From NCBI GenBank assembly GCA_030141605.1, contig JAQGDQ010000596.1, positions 68,627 through 132,626 on the forward strand: a DNA stretch of 64,000 bases, read 5' to 3'. The stretch is from Tubiluchus corallicola (taxonomy: Eukaryota > Animalia > Priapulida). Shown here piece by piece: positions 26,308-38,368 of the stretch. The position numbers and the translations under genes are program-made. A model generated the notes under the pieces. The model saw only the letters and a program-made list of their open reading frames with translations, was not told the origin of the DNA and did no database searches. The first letter of the stretch is position 1. Every line of letters begins with the position of its first letter.

Positions 26308-27054
26308 ATGGATCAGTTGATTAGGTTTATTATTGGTACCATACTGCTTGTAATTAGCAATTCTGTTTCCGAGCGAACTCTTCAAAGTGAAAGTATGCAA
26401 GATGGAAAACTGAATGAAACACAAACTGATGATGCTTCAAAACCAGACGTATCCCATAATGCTACTAATGAAACTTCGCCCCTGGAGGTGTATCAGAAAT
26501 TGTTTCTACTGAAACGTGCCAATCAGCTCGATGCTACTAGTTCAATAGCGCAAATGGACGAATACGCTTCGCAGTACAAAATGTTAAAACTAGTCGTCGA
26601 AAAAGTGTTCGAAATTCTTAGCAAAGGTGAAATCATCATACGGGAAGCAGGATTTTCCCCGGGAGATCCGTTTCCCGAAAACGAGCAGCTACGGGAAGGA
26701 ATTTCCCACGTCCTGGAAAATACAGCAATGTTTGGAAACCTTTTGCTACGATTTCCGGACAAAGTTCATCTAATGTACGACAAAAAGCACGAGTGGCATT
26801 TGATCATAAAATGGGCAATCGGGTTTTCGAACGACACAATGTTTTACCCAAAACAAGAGAGACGGCTGCTTCATTTAATGGCTCAAGAATTAGATATCAT
26901 TGAACGAGATGCGAATTATGTGAACCCTTACACAGCCCAGTACATGGAGAAAGTGAAAGAAATGAATAAACAAGAAGAAACTAAAGTTAAGAAAAAAGAG
27001 AAAGAGAAAAAGCATAAAAAGGGTCCCAGATTATCAAAGAGAACTGAATTATGA
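26308..27054 (+). CDS. CCDC134: Coiled-coil domain-containing protein 134 (ER luminal); intronless CDS
   Basis: Signal peptide, PGDPFPE...SHVLENTAMFGNLLLRFPD and LMAQELDI...YVNPY motifs, basic tail KKGPRLS and ER-retention-type C-terminus RTEL; acceptor tatttgcag ends at 26289. Confidence 0.9.
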   Translation: MDQLIRFIIGTILLVISNSVSERTLQSESMQDGKLNETQTDDASKPDVSHNATNETSPLEVYQKLFLLKRANQLDATSSIAQMDEYASQYKMLKLVVEKVFEILSKGEIIIREAGFSPGDPFPENEQLREGISHVLENTAMFGNLLLRFPDKVHLMYDKKHEWHLIIKWAIGFSNDTMFYPKQERRLLHLMAQELDIIERDANYVNPYTAQYMEKVKEMNKQEETKVKKKEKEKKHKKGPRLSKRTEL

Positions 27055-27261
27055 AATTATCATCCATATAAGTTTGCAAATTGTTTTATAATTGGTAATT
27101 AGATTGTCTAGTTTTCAAAGTAACCCACTTACTGGGTTCGGGTTCGTAGTTTGACATGAATTGAGTGCAGCTCTGGCACAAATCGCTAATGTATTTTGGA
27201 ATACGGTATAACATCATTATAGCGAATCTGCAAGGGACCCAGAAGAAAGTACTCTATAAAC

Positions 27262-27672
27262 CAGGTCTGTGCAGTCGGAGCCGGTAGTAAATTTACTGCT
27301 AAAGTAGTTGGAGTTGTTAAAACTCAGGGTTTTGGAGGCGGAGTCAGGAAAAATAGACAAACTCAAACTCGCTTTTAAGTTTTAACACATTTACGTCCCA
27401 ATATGGAAAGCTTTCGTATTGGTGTCTATGCAGCTAGACTGTTTTTCGAGCATAAGAAGTAGTGATGAAATGCCACTGTAGCTAAATATTAAGAGTACTG
27501 CAAACTATTACTTAAAGGCAGGAGTCGGAGTTGAGGCTCCAAAAATTTTAAGAGTCAGAGTTGGAGTGGGATTTGAAATTTTAGGAGCTAGAGTCAGAGT
27601 TGTGATCTAAAATTCTAGGAGCCGGAGTCGGAGCCAGAATCAGGAGTTTAATGTGCCGATTCCACAGCCCTG
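27262..27672. mobile_element. hAT-type MITE family 4 (ggagtcggag subterminal repeats), nested in a pogo/Tigger-like end
   Basis: TIR caggtctgtgcagtcgg / ccgattccacagccctg; TSD ctataaac/ccataaac; flanks rejoin as a gggacc...gtactctataaac-gaggtactctataaac motif. Confidence 0.8.
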
Positions 27673-28001
27673 CCATAAACGAGGTACTCTATAAACATAT
27701 GCGCCTAATCATATGTATGTGACTACAAGATAGGTGGAGAAACATATATTAATAATGGAAGTGTATAATTATTGTACAATGTGTGGCTTCATAGAGGATG
27801 TTCAATGAAAAGTATTTTTAGTGACTTCAATAAACTAAAATTTTTCGAATGTTTGATATTATATTGCGTGTGGACATTCAGTTGTAAATTTATGACATCT
27901 TCAGTAATGTTAATGAGATTAAAAAAAAGTCAGTCAATTTTGTTTGCACAAAATTTCTGTTTGTTTCTCGTGTAAAAAGTTTTTGCAGTAAGATTCATCA
28001 T

Positions 28002-28628
28002 TTGATGAAACATCTCAGTAGTGAGCTTCCTACGTACGTATATAAAACAGCCGTGTGTCAAGCTGCTGACTGACTCATTGTTTTCATACAGTAAGTACAC
28101 TAGATGACCTTCACTTGATGAAACATCTCAGTAGTGAGCTTTCCTACGTAGGAATGTAAAACAGCCGTGTGTCAAGCTGCTGACTGAATACATCTCAGTA
28201 GTGAGCTTTCCTACGTACGCATGTAAAACAGCCGTGTGTCAAGCTGCTGACTGACTCATTGTTTTTATACAGTAAGTAGACTAGATGACCTTCACTTGAT
28301 GAAACATCTCAGTAGTGAGCTTCCTACGTACGTGTGTAAAACAGCCGTGTCAAGCTGCTGACTGACTCATTGTTTTTATACAGTAAGTAGACTAGATGAC
28401 CTTCACTTGATGAAACATCTCAGTAGTGAGCTTCCTACGTACGTATGTAAAACAGTCGTGTGTCAAGCTGCTGACTGACTCATTGTTTTCATACAGTAAG
28501 TAGACTAGATGACCTTCACTTGATGAAACATCTCAGTAGTGAGCTTTCCTACGTACATATGTAAAACAGCGGTGTGTCAAGCTGCTGACTGACTCATTGT
28601 TTTCATACAGTAAGTACACTAGATGACC
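28002..28628. repeat. About 113-bp tandem repeat, roughly 5.5 copies (one internally deleted)
   Basis: ttgatgaaacatctcagtagtgagc...tagatgaccttcac units, located between the convergent CCDC134 and ALG14 3' ends. Confidence 0.95.
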
Positions 28629-29417
28629 GTTTAATATGACATTAACAACTCCGCATGCTGCATGCCCAAGTAGCCAACAGTTTTTTACAGCACCAGGAAT
28701 GTTGAGCTTTATTTAACTCTAAATTACTTTGCAAATATCTGGCAAGGGTAACGTATGCAATAAGAACTTATTAATATATAGCAATGCAGACAATAGTACC
28801 CGAGTAAAAGCTCAATATATGCAGTTACCGAGTTCGCTGTATTCAAAGCTATTATACTAGCTAAACCAACGATGAAAGTTCATTGTTTTCTATCAGTTCG
28901 CATTACCGATGTGTACACCATAAACCATATTCGCTATAATGGTGTTATACTGTATGTAATGTATGATAATAACACATTTCATTATTCCGCTGTTTTACTT
29001 ATCGATTTCGTAAAAACTGCATTACCGCTTCAAGTTATGAATTCAAATAAAATGTTTATTTTTACCAAAACATGTATGACACAGTTTCTCAGAGCTTAAA
29101 AGAGCAAACAGACATGGCAATCGTATAGATGACACAAGTTTTATGAATTGATACTTCAGACACTTGAAATATGCACAGTTTATTTACAAGGCACAGTTTG
29201 CATAAGGCACAGGCTTTTTGTTGTGTATGATGCTACTTTTCGATTAATATAATCAATACATTAACACAACTGAAAGTGATTGCAAAAACTTCACTTGAAA
29301 CACTATTGATATATTTTATAAAATAAGAAACAAACTTGGAAGGTAATAACGAGTTCATTTACTTGTTATAATAAACTCAAAATGAGTGGAAAAACACTTG
29401 AAACACTACTGATGTAA

Positions 29418-30053
29418 ATGTGTGCTTGCAAACCAAAACCATCCATAAGTCGGCATAATTAAAACTACGTCACGATGCTTCAAAGTAGAATGCACCAAAA
29501 ATTTGTTCAAATGTCAATTTTTTGTTTTTTTTTATAAAAACAAATGCTAAATATATTGGACTCTTATGGCATCAAATTATCAAGAAATGTTCGAAAAATA
29601 CGCCAAAAACCTAATTTTATAACACCATACCCACTTTTCTCGCTAGAAACGAGTATTTTCAAACTCGGATAGTAGCCCGTGGAAGCAGACATTTTGCTTA
29701 GAGTTTTTTCTGTTTCCTGCCTTGACTCGAGGTCAATTGCAAAGCCCAGATTTTCATTAGGAAGAGCCATCTAGTGGACTTAAAAGTAACTTCAATGTGT
29801 TCTTGGAAAGTCCATAGCAACCAACATTTGTGCACTTGCTAAGTGTTTAGTAGAAATGCAACAAAAAACAATGGCTAACAGTAATTTCTTCAAGATTATG
29901 TTTTTCAGTGCATAGTGTGCACCTCAACTTCAACACACTTTAGAAATTACACAGAGTGATCAACTTGGTATCAAAATGATCCTCATGAAATGAACATTCA
30001 GGATAAATGAATATCTGCTGACTTGTGGACGATTCTGCTATGTAAGCAAACAT
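29418..30053. mobile_element. Non-autonomous TIR element family 5, copy 1
   Basis: Imperfect TIRs of about 38 bp (atgtgtgcttgcaaaccaaaaccatccataagtcggca / tgctgacttgtggacgattctgctatgtaagcaaacat); second, interrupted copy at 46142-48129. Confidence 0.78.
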
Positions 30054-30400
30054 TTGGAAAAATTAAAAAACTTGGAAAGTGATAACGAGTTGATTTATTT
30101 TCGTTTATCTGTATACTTGTATAGCAAACAAGTATTTATTTGTTTACTTATTTACTTTTGTTTTGAAGATAAATAGCAAGTAAATGCTTATTTAACCAGG
30201 AAAACAAACTTAAAAAACAAATATTACACTTTACTGCTGTCTCGTACATTTATAATAAATATACTCAAATTTTATTTACAAGATATATGCATCGAAAACT
30301 TACAGATTATGTCTTTAGCAACACAAATTACCAGAAACAATTTAAACAAGATTCTTACTCTCTGAAATAGAGAAATACTTTTTGGCTCAATGTGTGACTA

Positions 30401-33400
30401 TCAAAATAATCGACCGACGTACCGGCAACGTGGATATTGTAGTTCCAGTGATGGCCATTGTACTAATATGTAGTCTGCAAACCAGTAAAGAATCTTTCCA
30501 GACAGCGACAATGTTTTTACTCGGCAAATGCTTTCCACAAAAACTATTTTCACTTGTCTGATGAATAGCACCTGTTTAAAAAATTTGTACTGTAACATAC
30601 ATTCTTAGTTTAAACAAGAAATCAATATTTCTTAAAGTACTATGTACAGTAAACTATGTACGACTCGACCCAGTGTAACTCAAATTCTTGCGTATCTCGG
30701 ATGGATCTCGTGGAATGGATTTTCCCTTTCATTTTTCCCTTTACCAAACTTCGTGTAACTCAAAATCTGCAAGTCGAATTATCGCGTAACTCAAACCGAT
30801 TTCCCAGTATGATTTACAAGAATTTGACTGAAAAAATAACCCCGCCCATCTCAAACAAACTCCCAAGTGAGAAATCCTACGCGAAAGTGTAGAAGAACGC
30901 TGAACACAACATGACTTAACGAACGTGCTTTAATGTAGATCACAATATTATTATTGCCAAATTCTATTAATCATGCTACTCAGACTGCAATAGAGGTGGA
31001 CCAGTCATTTTACTTTCGATTATTCATAAAAACTGTCTAATATTTGATTAAAGGCCCAGTTTGTCATTTTCACAGGCAGCAGCGTTACTAGTTTATTATC
31101 CGTCATTGATGAGTGACTCAATCTTGTTTTCTTACGAACGTTGTCTAACTCGGACAAATTTTCCGTTCCGGAGGTGTTCGAGTGGAACGTAGTAGTTTAC
31201 GGAAGGTCATTCTCCGTACCTACAAATGAAGCCGTACGAATGCTAGTCACAAACACAAACACTACTTCCTGTAGCTCTATAAGTTAATTTATCTCTGAAA
31301 ATTCCACCACCGATGCTGCACCTTAATACTGTAGTAGAGTAATCCTAAAATGAAAAGAAACTTCTACTGTGCATCGAGTCATGCAGTCTACGTAATCTGC
31401 TTCATTTTGGCTTCCTCGCTCATCACATGATCTCATTTCATAGCCAAGGAAACTAATCTCATACGCATAAAAGCAAAGTGATCAGATTCAAAAGCAAACC
31501 TAGGTGTTACGCAACGTGAGATTAAGCCGTTATAGTTATAGAAGCATGTTCTAACGAATCCACAAGTTATACAAGCATATTCTAACGAATCCACAAGTTA
31601 TACAAGCATGTTCTAACGAATCCACAAGTTATACAAGCATGTTCTAACGAATCCACAAGTTAAACAAGCATGTTCTAAGGATTCTACAAGTTATACAAGC
31701 ATGTCCTAACGAATCCACAAGTTATACAAGCATGTTCTAAGGATTCCACAAGTTATACAAGCATGTCCTAACGAATCCACAAGTTATACAAGCATGTTCT
31801 AACGAATCCACAAGTCACACAAGCATGTTCTAACGAATCCACAAGTCATACAAGCATGTTCTAACGAATCTACAAGTTATACAAGCATGTTCTAACGAAT
31901 CCACAAGATATGCAAGCATGTTCTAACGAATCCACAAGTCATACAAGCATGTTCTAAGGAATCCACAAGTTATACAAGCATGTTTTAACGAATCCACAAG
32001 TTATACGAGCATGTTCTAAGGAATCCACAAGTTATACAACCAGGTTCTAAAAATCCAATGCGTTTCTGAAATGCAGGCACTAGCGCCCGTCTAACTAGCA
32101 AATAGTGAAATGTAGCGAAAAACTAGTGACGAAAATGTGAGACTGTGTGGTAATAATTCTTTCACGTAAGTCATTATTGAAAAAACAGTACATTTCCTTT
32201 CAATATTTTAAAGAGTAGATTGTTTTGACCTACTGTTTAAAATTGGGTTCGTTTTTGCTTTAAGTTACAATCTTTCTGAAAAAGGCCAGAAGACGTCTCA
32301 CAGACACAGAATCACCCCCCCCCCAGCTGGCTGGACTCCTGATTTCGGTTCGTGACGAGATGGCAACCCTAGATTAGTCATTACATTTATTGACGACTGT
32401 AGTTATTATTAGTCACTGGTCAAATAGGTCAAATATAATCACGAAGGTAAGATTTCTTTTTGCAAAAAATGGATTAACCAAAAAAGTATCTCGTGCCAAG
32501 CCCTTCTGACCTCAATCAGATTTTCATGCTTTCGCAAAACTCTGTAAACGATGCGTAAGATTTACTAACCTTAAGGAGGAATGCAGCTCCGCATACGGGG
32601 ACGCACGTTCCGGGACCGTTGCACAATACCTGCAATGATAATTAACCACTAAAATGTTATTACAGGTAGAACTAACCACGACAATCATATGTAAACATTT
32701 GCTATTAGCTGAACACCAGATCAGACAGACATCAGTACCGTTGAGTAAACTGTTTGCCCTCTTTTCCCCTCTCCTTTAAAGGAAAACTGGATGATTGATT
32801 CCACTCAATCTCGTTTTATTTTACTGTCCAAAATATACATTTTCTTGCCTATAAAAGTTAGCAATTGTTTCTCATATTTGAATAATTACCTTGGAAAGAG
32901 AATTAACAGCAACCGAACACAGCAGGGGTGTGCAAATTGCGGCCGTGGGCTACTTGTGGCCCGCCGAGAAATTTTGTGCGGCCCGCAAGGAGATTTGTCA
33001 ACCTAATGAAAGTGCAGCCCGGGTGATTAATTGAGTGTATCCAGCTGAAGTCTGTGCCACGATCCCAAAGATAGTGCGGGTAGTTTTTTCTACTAGATCG
33101 GATGCCATTAACCCTTACAAGGCGGTTGTAGCTTAATGTCACTGTACTACTCAGACAGTGTGATACACATTACTAATATGCATTGTAATGAAATTACCAC
33201 TATCTGTACTGAAAGTAGAAATATATGGTTTTTAATATAAATTTTAATACTTCTAAAATAGTTTCTTGAGTGTAGTAGTAAATGATGTACGCAGGTTGGA
33301 TGCAAAAAAATCGTTATTAGGCCTTTCTGTACTTGGCTCCTTGATCAAACTGCCTGTGGCCTGCAGGAATTGCGGGAAAGTTTAATGTGGCCCGGCTAGT

Positions 33401-36332
33401 CAGATAATTTGCACACCCCTGGAATATAGCTATCACTTACGTCGCAAACTAATCACAATTTGTGCAATGATATGCATCTTCCTTGCACATCAAGCATGTT
33501 TGCGTAAGCGAAGATTGCTATAAGACGCTGAAATGATGTCACAAAAATGAGCTCTACATCACACTGATGTCACAGACAAACACTGCAGTTCATGATCATG
33601 CTTATCACAGTATGGCACTATTTGTCGGCCACGCGAATGTGACAAAAAAGCGCCAATGCCAGCCTTAGTGGATTCACCAAGCCGAGCGTGGCTTTGAAAG
33701 TTTAACAAAATTAAACTATCCGAGTTAATTATTATTTAATTTAAGCTTTGATTGAAAAAGCTGTTATTGTTTTCAATATTTTCAAGCATACTTTATTCTG
33801 AACTTATGTTTACACAATCATCCAGTTTTCCTTTAATTTGTTCTTGAGTACGATACCAAATTGCTCGCGCCCCAACTTTGCTGTTATTCACATCAAAACT
33901 GCAAAAAGCTTTTTCTCTCTTAGAAATAAATTCTTAGAAACTTTGAAAGAGATAGGAAGATCAACCTCTTGTCTTGTATAGTTACAGTAAGTTCAATTCA
34001 ATGTTTGTGTGTTTGCTGATTTCAAATGTTCAACAAATGCGTTCAATAACTAACAGATGAATTCAGTAAACTTGTAGTGAAACGAATGAACGCCCAGAGA
34101 GCAATGATACAAAAACCAGAACGCCCATGAAAAAGATGAAAGAACACGAACATTATTTACCAGTTCAGGTCTGTGCCTGAAGACAACAGGTATGGAATAC
34201 AAGCAAGCATAAATAGTAGAAATGATTGAGGAGATCCATGACTGATTCACTTTCCTGCTTCTGGGTATGGCCACCACCTTACTGTCATGCTGCAAAACAA
34301 AGTTTTGAAGTTCTAGAAAAAAGTGATAACATATACTCATATCTCGATTTGCCGGCGAAAGCGGAGAGACGTCAGTCAGAATTTGCCAATTGTCCATATT
34401 TACCGAAACTAAGCTAATACTGCAAGTGCCATGTATTACAGGTAATGTAGATTCAATCACCTAATTGTCTCAAAAACATCTAATACAGGCCACTCCTGAT
34501 ATACAAGCTACACGTGTCGTTATATGCTGCTTGGTTGCACTGATGTAATGATGTAAACAAAGTGATGGCCCACCAACTAGCGGTCAGCTTGCGAAACAAT
34601 AGATTGTGTCTGTACTTTCAACGGTCCAGGTTTTGTTCGATTTTTCCGATGTCCATCAAAGCGAGGTCCGGCAAACCCGAGATATGAGTGTATATATTTA
34701 GCTATGAACTTATAATAAGGGCATTCATTTAGGTTAAGCAGTGTATTGTCCATTGTATGTTTGTGGATAAGCCGTATTACAAAATATCCTTATATAATTA
34801 CATATTATACTAGCTATCTATCATAACACTTAAACATACTGTATGACCCTCATATGATTTTAAAAATTCATAAGCAGTGTTGCCAATCCATAAGTAAATG
34901 TAAAGAGAGAGTTAATCATAACACAGTTTATATTAACGATGCGATTAATTCTAGAATTCTACCTGATTAATTTTACGTGACCCGATGAAGGAAGCAGTGG
35001 TTTCCCGAAAGTCGTTATCGTTAATAAACTTCGCTGTGATTAACTTACCTCTCTGCTTTTACATAATAAGCCTGTTCACAGTTCCAGTGATTGATGAGGT
35101 AAAAAGTTAAACCAGACAAAGCTATTTGCAGCCCAAGCTATTGTAATAGTAACAGTTTAAACAGCTAGCAAGGACCTTACCTAGTTCATTATTTGTTCTC
35201 AAGTAAGATCCTGCTAGCAAATCACTCTACGCACAGACTTAACGCATAATTAAATAAAGTCCACGTAAAACAACTGATATTACTGAATTGATGCAGCAGA
35301 CGGATTTGCTTTACCCACATGTCATGTGACAGTTGTAGTTAAGACGTGCTGCTGTGGTGCACTTAACCTTTGACCTGCAGCAGTTGGGCGTGCAAAACTG
35401 TGAGAAAGCTTATTGCTTTTATTTGCTCTTTCTTCCAGTTTTCCACAGTCAAGTGACACGAGGTGTGCGACTGGCTAGATAGACCATGTTGATGAATCAC
35501 CAAATCTGTCCTAAAAATACTAACGAACTGCCACTATAACAACACAAACTTACAAAAACGGAAAACGTCATTGCACAAATAAGTTACAGACGAATAAAAC
35601 GAAAGTTTTTACCTTTCCAAAGTCTTCCATGCTCGCCTTGAGTTTATCTTTGCTTAAATTATCAGTCTCGGCTACTATGAATATCCTAGGAGTATACATT
35701 TTACCAAGTACTGCAACCAAGCGCATCATTTCCATACTGTGTCCACCTATATAAAAAAGTATTAGTCTTAGAATCTTGAACTTTTTCTGGCCTCTCTTTC
35801 AACTGCACGTTCTAATCTCACAAGCAAGTAGTAAGACTTTTTAATATTCTTAGTATTTTGCGCATTCTCAATTGCACATAAGATGTTCAGTAAATTACTT
35901 CACATCAGCAATACTATTGATGAGAAAAGTTCATTATTATTAATCTTATAATAGTCGCATACTGCAAATTAATAATTTCAGTATCAATACTCATACTATC
36001 ATGTCCCAGAGTGCAAACATTGCACAATTATTAAAAAATAACACGTTTGTATACCTTAACCAGAACATTAGCAGCTGAATTTAATATACTGCAATATTTG
36101 AGATACATGCTGTTTTTATATTAAATTTTTTGCTACCGATACAGTCTCACCAAACTTTGTAAATCTATCTGATTTTACCTGAGCCCATGACGATCATTGC
36201 TTTCGTACAAGTCTTCCTCTTAAATTTGCTGGTCGTAGAAGGACTTCTGCGAAGAATTGCCATCAAGTATGCTATCCTTAAGCACAACAAAAACTGAAGT
36301 CCAGCAAAACCTAACAAGCAGGTGCCAAGCAT
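30401..36332 (-). CDS. ALG14: UDP-N-acetylglucosamine transferase subunit ALG14, about 215 aa; exons 36332-36179, 35746-35613, 34289-34161, 32629-32570, 30571-30401
   Basis: All four introns are GT-AG with compatible phases (1,0,0,0). The joined protein has an N-terminal TM segment, MIVMGSGGHSMEM, YTPRIFIVAETD, IPRSRKVNQSW, RPELVLCNGPGTCVPVC and VFVESICRVKTLSLSGKILY...VQWP. Confidence 0.95.
30647..31202. mobile_element. pogo/Tigger-like MITE (degenerate) in ALG14 intron 4
   Basis: ta|cagtaaacta...actcga left end, tcgagt...tagtttacgg right end, internal taactc repeats. Confidence 0.55.
31534..32050. repeat. 31-bp minisatellite, about 16-17 copies, in ALG14 intron 4
   Basis: acaagcatgttctaacgaatccacaagttat units. 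Confidence 0.95.
32057..32229 (-). mobile_element. Interspersed repeat fragment, copy B
   Basis: Reverse-complement match to 1026-1182. Confidence 0.7.
32923..33421. mobile_element. hAT/Charlie-like MITE in ALG14 intron 3
   Basis: Perfect 16-bp TIR caggggtgtgcaaatt; tgcggcccg subterminal motifs; TSD gaacacag/gaatatag. Confidence 0.88.
34335..34689. mobile_element. Small TIR element in ALG14 intron 2
   Basis: actcatatctcgatttgccgg / ccggcaaacccgagatatgagt inverted repeats in a TA-rich context. Confidence 0.65.
34897..35064 (+). mobile_element. Penelope-type pLTR remnant: hammerhead-like core plus upstream inverted copy of its tail
   Basis: CCGATGA (34982-34988), stem ggaagc-agtg-gtttcc, CGAAA, GTC triplet, stem I tgac/gtta. 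Segment 34897-34940 is an imperfect reverse complement of 35017-35064. Confidence 0.65.
35069..35410. mobile_element. PIF/Harbinger-like MITE family 3, copy 2
   Basis: Collinear with 25821-26254; agcctgttcacagtt / aactgtgagaaagct ends. Confidence 0.8.
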
Positions 36333-37577
36333 TGTGAGAATCTCAAGCTGATGGCTTTTCCATAACGTCAATCACCCAGAACAGTGGAACTTGCACAAAC
36401 ACATTTATGTCTTCCAGACATTAGTCGTTACGAATTAGTCTAGTTTTGTACATTAACGAAGCGCCATTATCTCCACCAGAAGTCATGCAAGAGGCACAGA
36501 AGTCTGAAGAAATTGGCAAAAAAGTTCTACAAATCAGTAAGCAAGACTCGAGAGGCAGTATAGTATTTCAGTTTCTTGTAATTAAAATTCCTCCTACATG
36601 TGATACTAAAATAGTAGGCCTGTCCATCTATCCGTTAGGTACCTAAATCCCATTTATATCAGGGGTAGTGACAACGAGTTGTTTCACTACTAGGATGCTA
36701 GTTTGAATTTGCTAAAATGCAAACATAAAATATATACTTTCACACAAACATGTATCGAAATTATTAGCTGCAGACTGTGTCCAAATCATAAAGCTGCAGT
36801 ATAACTAATTATACTGTAGTGTTACCATCATAAATTCATCAAGCGTTCATTATCTCGTTTTTGTATTATAGTTTATTTGGCAGGCACAATTCATAAATGA
36901 AAGAAAACAGCAAAACAACTAAACGCTGCCATGCTGGTAATTCATAGCTTTGCTGTTGCTATGTGAACTCCAAAACTGGCGACGCATCAATTTGATGTTT
37001 GTGTAGAAACACCTTCAAAACGCACCCGCTACAGTGAATGTTTTAAGTTCTACGAAGTAGCAAAATTCGTGATACTACCAGAGAGTATCACCAATAAATG
37101 ATTAACAAAAATGAGTTAATTTACTCAGAGTTCAGTTCACCACAGTAAGTGTATAATTAAGAATGATTACAAACTGTACAGTAGCAAACTTTGATGACCA
37201 ATAATTGTTATTTTGCAACCCTTTCTACTGCAACCACTGACACTTTTTGATGTATACTTTTATTGCAATTGTTAATTAACTATAGAACTTTTTGTGTATC
37301 TTGTGATTCCGGCGTTAATTAGGAGGTAAATAAAAATGTTTATGTCTATGTAAAACGTCTAACCACCACATTAAAGAAATACTAAAATAACTCGAACAAG
37401 CTTTAAAAATAACTAGGTAATTTATCCAATTAATTTCAAAAACCAATTAATTTCAGAATACAAACTTCGTTGAATAGGGTAATCCAACAAAAAGCTGAAT
37501 GAAGAGCACTTATGTGAGAATTATTCTCGCGTAACATCTGTATTATAATACCAAAATTAAAAAGACAAAATAAAGAT

Positions 37578-37628
37578 TATACTACTACTGCTGCTAGTAC
37601 TACTACTACTACTACTACTACAACTACA

Positions 37629-37693
<65 letters not shown>

Positions 37694-37701
37694 AACTACT
37701 A
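37578..37701. repeat. (CTA)n microsatellite
   Basis: Read directly. Confidence 0.95.
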
Positions 37702-38027
37702 GCTGCATTCTCACGTCACACAAGTCTCAGTGTAAGCTAGATTTCGAACTGCTTGGGTCATTGGCTTTACTAGTAATCTACTTGTAGAAGGTCCGATGCT
37801 GAACCTAACTTCTTTATTTCATTGGTTCAGTGACACAACTTGGACCCATGCTGATTGTCAAAAATTGTAGCAGTTGCATATGTAGCCAGGCTAAGTATTT
37901 CAACTTGAGGTTATCCAAATTTGAAGCATGGAAAGCATTACTTTCAAATTATATTGTATTATAAGTGATTAAAGTTTTTTAACCCCAAACGTTGCAGGTC
38001 TCTGAACACAAACCAGCTCTTGTTCGG

Positions 38028-38368
38028 CAGAGGTGAGCATCGAGCAAGTTTTTCAATTCCAATTTGATTTGAACGTAACACTGTTGATTTGAATAATTCA
38101 GCACTTCAATCACATACATTTTTTATCATTAAAACGATTGAAACATCATTCAAATAGCATAATTTAGCTGTTATTTTTGTGCACAATTTTAAACAAATTA
38201 CTAGTGGTTTTAATGCAGAACAAATCTTTGTAAGACTAATTTTTACTGGTGGTTTGAAAATCTTCAATCTCAATTCGAAATACTGACGTTCAGTTCGAAT
38301 TCGAAAGTCACAAATTCGATTAGAATTCGCTTTCTCGTGGAGAGTGCTCACCCCCCCCCCCCCCACTG
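38028..38368. mobile_element. Probable MITE with ttcgaa-type subterminal repeats
   Basis: cagaggtgagca / tgctcacc(c)nactg ends, with the right TIR carrying a poly-C expansion; no TSD found. Confidence 0.5.

Noticed and set aside
30558-30564. CTGATGA as a hammerhead core (also near 26426, 51172, 52071, 52297)
   Set aside because: No stem II followed by GAAA; some lie inside coding exons.
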